Positions 59,463 to 64,000 of a stretch of 64,000 nucleotides of DNA are shown here, piece by piece (the stretch's first letter is position 1; every line of letters starts with the position of its first letter). Source of the DNA: Candidatus Mediterraneibacter excrementavium (GTDB lineage Bacteria; Bacillota; Clostridia; Lachnospirales; Lachnospiraceae). The stretch lies in contig DWVL01000085.1 of assembly GCA_019120275.1 (NCBI GenBank), positions 16,382 through 80,381 of the forward strand, written 5' to 3'. The position numbers and the translations under genes were made by a program. Below the pieces are notes generated by a model. The model saw only the letters and a list, made by a program, of their open reading frames with translations, did not search any database and had not been told where the DNA came from.

Positions 59463-61076
59463 ATGAAACTGACATTTGTAGGAGCAGCCCATGAAGTGAC
59501 GGGCAGCTGTCATTTCCTCCAGGCGGCGGGAAAGAATATCCTGATCGACTGCGGGATGGAGCAGGGTCCGGATCTCTATGAGAATCCGGGACTGCCGGTT
59601 GCAGCCACGGAAGTGGATTACGTATTTCTGACCCATGCCCACATCGATCATTCCGGCATGCTCCCCAGGCTTGCAAAAGAAGGATTCAAAGGACAGATCT
59701 TTACCACATTTGCCACCGCGGATCTGTGCAATATCATGCTCCGCGACAGCGCGCACATCCAGGAGTTTGAGGCGGAATGGCGGAATCGAAAGGGGAAGAG
59801 AGCAGGGAAGCCGGAATATGAGCCGGTCTACACGATGCAGGATGCGCTGGATGCGATCAGTCTGCTGGTGCCCTGCCAGTATGGTGCGCGTATCGGTATC
59901 TGTGACGGCATTGATATCCGTTTTACCGATGTGGGGCATCTGCTTGGTTCAGCCAGTATCGAAGTGTGGGCGTCCGAGGGAGATGTGACGAAAAAACTGG
60001 TTTTTTCCGGAGATGTGGGAAATATCGATCAGCCGATCATCAAGGATCCGAGCTATACGGATACAGCGGATTATGTGGTTGTGGAGTCCACATACGGCGA
60101 CCGCATACACACTGCGGAGAAGCCGGACTATATCGGTGAATTTACAAGGATCATCAAGGAGACATTTGACCGGGGCGGCAATGTGGTCATCCCGTCCTTT
60201 GCCGTGGGCAGGACCCAGGAGATGCTCTATTTCATCCGGGAGATCAAGGAAAATGATCTTCTGCCGGAATACCGGGATTTCGATGTGTATCTGGACAGTC
60301 CGCTGGCGATCGAGGCAACCAAAGTGTTTACGATGAATATGCGGGACTGTTTTGACAGCGAAGCGCTGGAACTTGTGGATTCGGGCATCAATCCGCTGGT
60401 ATTTCCCGGACTTCATACTTCGACCACGAGCGATGAATCGAAGATGATCAATTTTATCGAGAAGCCGAAAGTGATCATTTCTGCTTCCGGAATGTGCGAT
60501 GCGGGACGGATACGCCATCATCTCAAGCATAATCTGTGGCGTCCGGAATGTACGGTCCTGTTTGTCGGCTACCAGGCTGTGGGTACACTTGGCCGCCGGC
60601 TGCTGGAGGGCGAGAGGAACATTAAGCTCTTCGGGGAGGACATTGAGGTACATGCCAGGATCGAAAGTCTGCACGGTGTCAGCGGACATGCGGACATGAA
60701 CGGACTCCTGAAATGGATCGGCGCGTTCAGGACGCCGCCTGAGCGGGTGTTTGTCGTCCATGGCGAGGATGCGGTGACTGACCGGTTTGCAGAGACGGTC
60801 GCGGAGAAGTTCGGGTATGCTGCCATGGCGCCTTATCCGTGCTGCGAAGTGGATCTGCTGGCAAATGAAGTTATCAGTGAGGGTGTGCGTATACCGGTTA
60901 AGGCAAAGAAACCGGCTCAGAAGAGAGCAGATACGGCATTTGAACGTCTGCTTGCGGCGGGCCGCCGTCTGATGGATGTGATCAGCCGCAACGAAGGGCT
61001 GTCCAATAAGGATAAGGCCAAATTCGAGACACAGATAAACAATCTTGCAGATAAGTGGGATGATGTCAAGGAGTAA
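59463..61076 (+). CDS. MBL-fold beta-CASP ribonuclease-like protein
   Basis: GAAHEVTGS, DCG, THAHIDH, GHLLGS, FSGD, ESTYG, FAVGRTQE, SGHAD, VVHGE. Confidence 0.92.
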   Translation: MKLTFVGAAHEVTGSCHFLQAAGKNILIDCGMEQGPDLYENPGLPVAATEVDYVFLTHAHIDHSGMLPRLAKEGFKGQIFTTFATADLCNIMLRDSAHIQEFEAEWRNRKGKRAGKPEYEPVYTMQDALDAISLLVPCQYGARIGICDGIDIRFTDVGHLLGSASIEVWASEGDVTKKLVFSGDVGNIDQPIIKDPSYTDTADYVVVESTYGDRIHTAEKPDYIGEFTRIIKETFDRGGNVVIPSFAVGRTQEMLYFIREIKENDLLPEYRDFDVYLDSPLAIEATKVFTMNMRDCFDSEALELVDSGINPLVFPGLHTSTTSDESKMINFIEKPKVIISASGMCDAGRIRHHLKHNLWRPECTVLFVGYQAVGTLGRRLLEGERNIKLFGEDIEVHARIESLHGVSGHADMNGLLKWIGAFRTPPERVFVVHGEDAVTDRFAETVAEKFGYAAMAPYPCCEVDLLANEVISEGVRIPVKAKKPAQKRADTAFERLLAAGRRLMDVISRNEGLSNKDKAKFETQINNLADKWDDVKE

Positions 61077-61164
61077 AAGTTTATAAAATTTCCGCGTGAG
61101 CGGAATATCACGCCGGCATGGTGAGAATGATTCTAAGTAGAAAGTGCTTAGGAGGATGCTTGCT

Positions 61165-61947
61165 ATGTCGGTAAACAAAGTTGAAATCTGCGGAGTGAAT
61201 ACGTCAAAACTCCCGCTCTTAAAAGAAGAAGAGAAGGAGGCGCTTCTGGAACGCATCCAGGAGGGGGATGAAGCAGCGAGGGAGACATATATCAAAGGGA
61301 ATCTGAGGCTGGTGTTGAGTGTGATCAGGCGTTTTGAAGGCAGCAGTGAAAATGCAGATGACCTTTTCCAGATCGGCTGTGTGGGGCTGATGAAGGCGGT
61401 GGATCATTTTGACCCGTCGAGAATGGTGAAGTTTTCTACTTATGCAGTCCCTATGATCATAGGGGAGATCCGCAGATATCTTCGGGATAACAGTTCCATA
61501 CGGGTGAGCCGGTCGCTCAGGGATACGGCGTATAAAGCGATTTATGCCAGAGAGGGGTATATCCGGCGGTATATGAAGGAACCGACCGTGCAGGAGATCG
61601 CCGATGAGATCGGCATTTCCAAAGAGGACGTGGTATTCGCCATGGATGCCATTCAAAGTCCCATGAGCCTGCAGGAACCGGTATACAGTGACGGCGGTGA
61701 TACGCTGTACGTGATGGATCAGGTAAGTGATAAGAAGAACAGGGAAGACAACTGGGTGGAAGAACTGTCCCTTGAGGCAGCGATGGAACGTCTGAATGAA
61801 CGGGAACGCAGGATCATCCGTCTCCGCTTTTTTGAAGGAAAGACTCAGATGGAAGTGGCGGAGCAGATCTGCATTTCCCAGGCTCAGGTGAGCAGGCTGG
61901 AGAAAAACGCACTGCGTACCATGAGGAGATATCTGCTTGGCGAGTAG
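61165..61947 (+). CDS. sigG: Sporulation sigma factor SigG
   Basis: NKVEICGVNTSKLP, DDLFQIGC.GL, FSTYAVPMIIGEIRRYLRD, TQMEVA..ISQAQVSRLEK. Confidence 0.95.
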   Translation: MSVNKVEICGVNTSKLPLLKEEEKEALLERIQEGDEAARETYIKGNLRLVLSVIRRFEGSSENADDLFQIGCVGLMKAVDHFDPSRMVKFSTYAVPMIIGEIRRYLRDNSSIRVSRSLRDTAYKAIYAREGYIRRYMKEPTVQEIADEIGISKEDVVFAMDAIQSPMSLQEPVYSDGGDTLYVMDQVSDKKNREDNWVEELSLEAAMERLNERERRIIRLRFFEGKTQMEVAEQICISQAQVSRLEKNALRTMRRYLLGE

Positions 61948-61983
61948 CCGGGAGAGACGATACAGGAGAGAAAGGGAAAAGGA

Positions 61984-62649
61984 ATGTATAAAGCGTGTAT
62001 TTTTGATCTGGACGGGACACTGACAGATACACTGGATTCACTGGAATATTCTGTAAATGAGACGATGAAGGAAATCGGACTCGCTCCGATCACAAGGGCG
62101 CAGTGCCGGCAATATGTTGGAAACGGTGCGAAAGTTCTGATCGAAAAGGCGCTGCGTGCATCCGGGGATGAAGAACTCAGCCGTTTTGATGAGGCATCTG
62201 CCGCTTATGGCCGCATCTTCGATGCCAACTGCACCTACAGAGTGAAGCCTTATCCGGGCATCAGGGATCTGCTGGATGGCCTGAAATCTGCAGGGATGAA
62301 GCTGGGAGTTCTGTCAAACAAGCCGGACCGTCAGGCGGTCCATGTAGTGGCGGATATTTTCGGAACAGCGGTGTTTGACAGCGTTCACGGGCAGCGGGAA
62401 GGGATTCCGAGAAAGCCGGATCCGGCACCTCTCCTTGCACTGGCGGAAGAACTTGGGGTGACGCCGTCGGAAGTCCTTTATATCGGAGATTCGGAAGTGG
62501 ATATCGTGACGGGAAAGGCGGCGCATATGGATACGGTGGCTGTGTCCTGGGGATTCCGGAGCCGAAACGAACTTGAAGCGGCAGGAGCGGAGAGGATCGT
62601 GGATACAGCGGATGAGATTCTGAGGATCGCAGAGAAACAGGAGGGATGA
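61984..62649 (+). CDS. HAD family hydrolase (phosphoglycolate phosphatase-like)
   Basis: FDLDGTL, LSNK, KPDP, IGDSEVD. Confidence 0.92.
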   Translation: MYKACIFDLDGTLTDTLDSLEYSVNETMKEIGLAPITRAQCRQYVGNGAKVLIEKALRASGDEELSRFDEASAAYGRIFDANCTYRVKPYPGIRDLLDGLKSAGMKLGVLSNKPDRQAVHVVADIFGTAVFDSVHGQREGIPRKPDPAPLLALAEELGVTPSEVLYIGDSEVDIVTGKAAHMDTVAVSWGFRSRNELEAAGAERIVDTADEILRIAEKQEG

Positions 62650-62652
62650 AGG

Positions 62653-62916
62653 ATGAGTATTTACAGTGAAGAATGCCTGAAGAGCTTTCTGAGAAACCAG
62701 AAGCAGCTTTTTGACGAGCCGGTGGCAGAGACAATGGAAGAGGCGGAAGCATTTTTGGAAGACTGCATGGCAGTGGTCGTGGATTCGATCAGCGAAGTAA
62801 GGGCATACTTTGAAGAGGAGGGCGTGGATGTGGACGGCCTGGGTCCGGACGATCTGGAGGAGGCTTCGGAAGTATTTGCGCTTCCGGACGGGAAATATCT
62901 GATCGTTGAGGGATAG
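62653..62916 (+). CDS. Small acidic hypothetical protein
   Basis: 87-aa ORF starting 3 nt after the HAD stop, purine-rich RBS region, codon style like its neighbours. Confidence 0.7.
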   Translation: MSIYSEECLKSFLRNQKQLFDEPVAETMEEAEAFLEDCMAVVVDSISEVRAYFEEEGVDVDGLGPDDLEEASEVFALPDGKYLIVEG

Positions 62917-62929
62917 AAAAAGCCGCAGG

Positions 62930-63364
62930 TCATCTGACCTCGGCTTTTTCTACGGCCTCACGGACGGCATCCAGGATGATGCGGGAAGTATAATGCGTAT
63001 CCTCCGGCAGGGATATATCGTCCAATGACTGAGAATCGTAGATCTGTTCGGCAATCTCTTCAATGGCGGGCTGGATCAGGGGAAACATTGTGGTCACGGT
63101 TTCATCGAGATTGGAAAAGCGGACGGAATTGATCCGGTTCTGATCTACAGCTACTTCTACTTCAAGCCTGGTATTGTTGAGCGCGAGCGTGGAAGTGTAT
63201 ATTCCCGGTGTATAAATTTCCTTTGTTCCGGACTGGTTCTGATCTGCGTCTGGACGGAACATAATGACAAGGAGAATGATCAGGACGATCCCGAGCGCCG
63301 CAAACACGGCGGTATATATGATCTCTTTCATGTGCAGGACGATGATTTTGGTTCTGGAACTCAT
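62930..63364 (-). CDS. Membrane-anchored protein with degenerate FMN-binding-like domain
   Basis: GGGAGG RBS; one TM; YTPGIYT...VEVAVD..RI...QS...YTS.IILDAV..A.EKA. Confidence 0.7.
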   Translation of the reverse strand: MSSRTKIIVLHMKEIIYTAVFAALGIVLIILLVIMFRPDADQNQSGTKEIYTPGIYTSTLALNNTRLEVEVAVDQNRINSVRFSNLDETVTTMFPLIQPAIEEIAEQIYDSQSLDDISLPEDTHYTSRIILDAVREAVEKAEVR

Positions 63365-63418
63365 AGAGTGACCTCCCTGGACTGGCTGCCGGTTATTCGG
63401 CGGTCGGCTTTTTTATTA

Positions 63419-63447
63419 AGTGTATGAATGAAAAAAGAGAAATATTC
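63419..63447 (-). promoter_or_regulatory. sigmaE-like promoter
   Basis: Minus strand GAATATT-14 bp-CATACACT. Confidence 0.65.
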
Positions 63448-63527
63448 ACGGTTTTGATGATGACAAAGCGCCCCGGATACGGTAAAATAATCAGCGGCCG
63501 CGCAGACGGCAGGAAGGAAGAAATCAT

Positions 63528-64000
63528 ATGTTTATAATCGCAGGACTGGGCAATCCGGACCGGCAGTATGAAGGGACCAGACATAACGCCGGATTCGATG
63601 TAATAGACCGGATAGCAGATAAATACAATATAGCAGTGGATGCACGGAAGCACCGTGCGCTGATCGGAAAAGGAATCATAGAAGGACAGAAAGTGATCCT
63701 GGCAAAACCTCAGACTTATATGAATTTAAGCGGAGAGAGCATCCGGAGCCTGACGGATTATTTTAAGATCGATACGGAACATGAACTTCTGGTTATTTAT
63801 GATGACATTAATCTGGAGCCGGGGCAGCTGCGCATCCGGGAGAAAGGCAGCGCCGGCGGGCACAACGGCATTAAGAATATCATTGCCTGCCTGGGCACCC
63901 AGATATTCCCGCGGATACGGGTCGGCGTGGGTGCGAAGCCGTCGAAATACGACCTTGCCGATTATGTCCTCGGGCATTTTTCCAAAGCAGAAAAGGAACT
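63528..64000 (+). CDS. pth: Peptidyl-tRNA hydrolase, 3' end outside window
   Basis: MFIIAGLGNP, TRHNAGF, KPQTYMNLSG, GSAGGHNG read directly from the sequence. Confidence 0.96.
   Translation, partial: MFIIAGLGNPDRQYEGTRHNAGFDVIDRIADKYNIAVDARKHRALIGKGIIEGQKVILAKPQTYMNLSGESIRSLTDYFKIDTEHELLVIYDDINLEPGQLRIREKGSAGGHNGIKNIIACLGTQIFPRIRVGVGAKPSKYDLADYVLGHFSKAEKE

Noticed and set aside
61081-61140. sigmaF/G promoter for sigG
   Set aside because: GAATA is present but there is no convincing -10 at the right spacing
1-64000. tRNA, rRNA, IS elements or prophage
   Set aside because: Intergenic gaps are short and show no cloverleaf or rRNA signatures; no transposase, integrase or phage ORFs recognised

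Overview
A 64-kb core-chromosome segment of a spore-forming Firmicute. Gene content and order suggest Lachnospiraceae (inference). It holds the end of a dcw cluster (class B PBP, mraY, murD, ftsW/spoVE, divIB, ftsZ), spoIIGA-sigE, pyrG, ftsH-uvrC-hprK-glucokinase, PBP1A, hpf, typA, dapB, class III fbp, secA-prfB (programmed +1 frameshift), hom, a polar amino-acid ABC transporter with a HisR-like operator, purB, gltX, luxS, sigG and the start of pth. I saw no rRNA, tRNA, CRISPR array, transposase or prophage. The best candidate for an undescribed system is a three-gene operon at 39.5-44.9 kb: a 1100-aa Ig/BACON-like plus helical-repeat protein, a catalytically degenerate Hsp70-like protein and a small TPR-like protein. 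Other notable items: a GlgX/isoamylase homologue lacking its catalytic residues, flanked by an orphan sugar-binding lipoprotein and an HD-like protein; a sirtuin lacking its catalytic His; an RpoD paralogue interrupted by one in-frame TAG; a long structured pyrG leader; and sporulation-sigma-like promoters on uncharacterised genes. All family assignments come from motif recognition by eye, not database searches.
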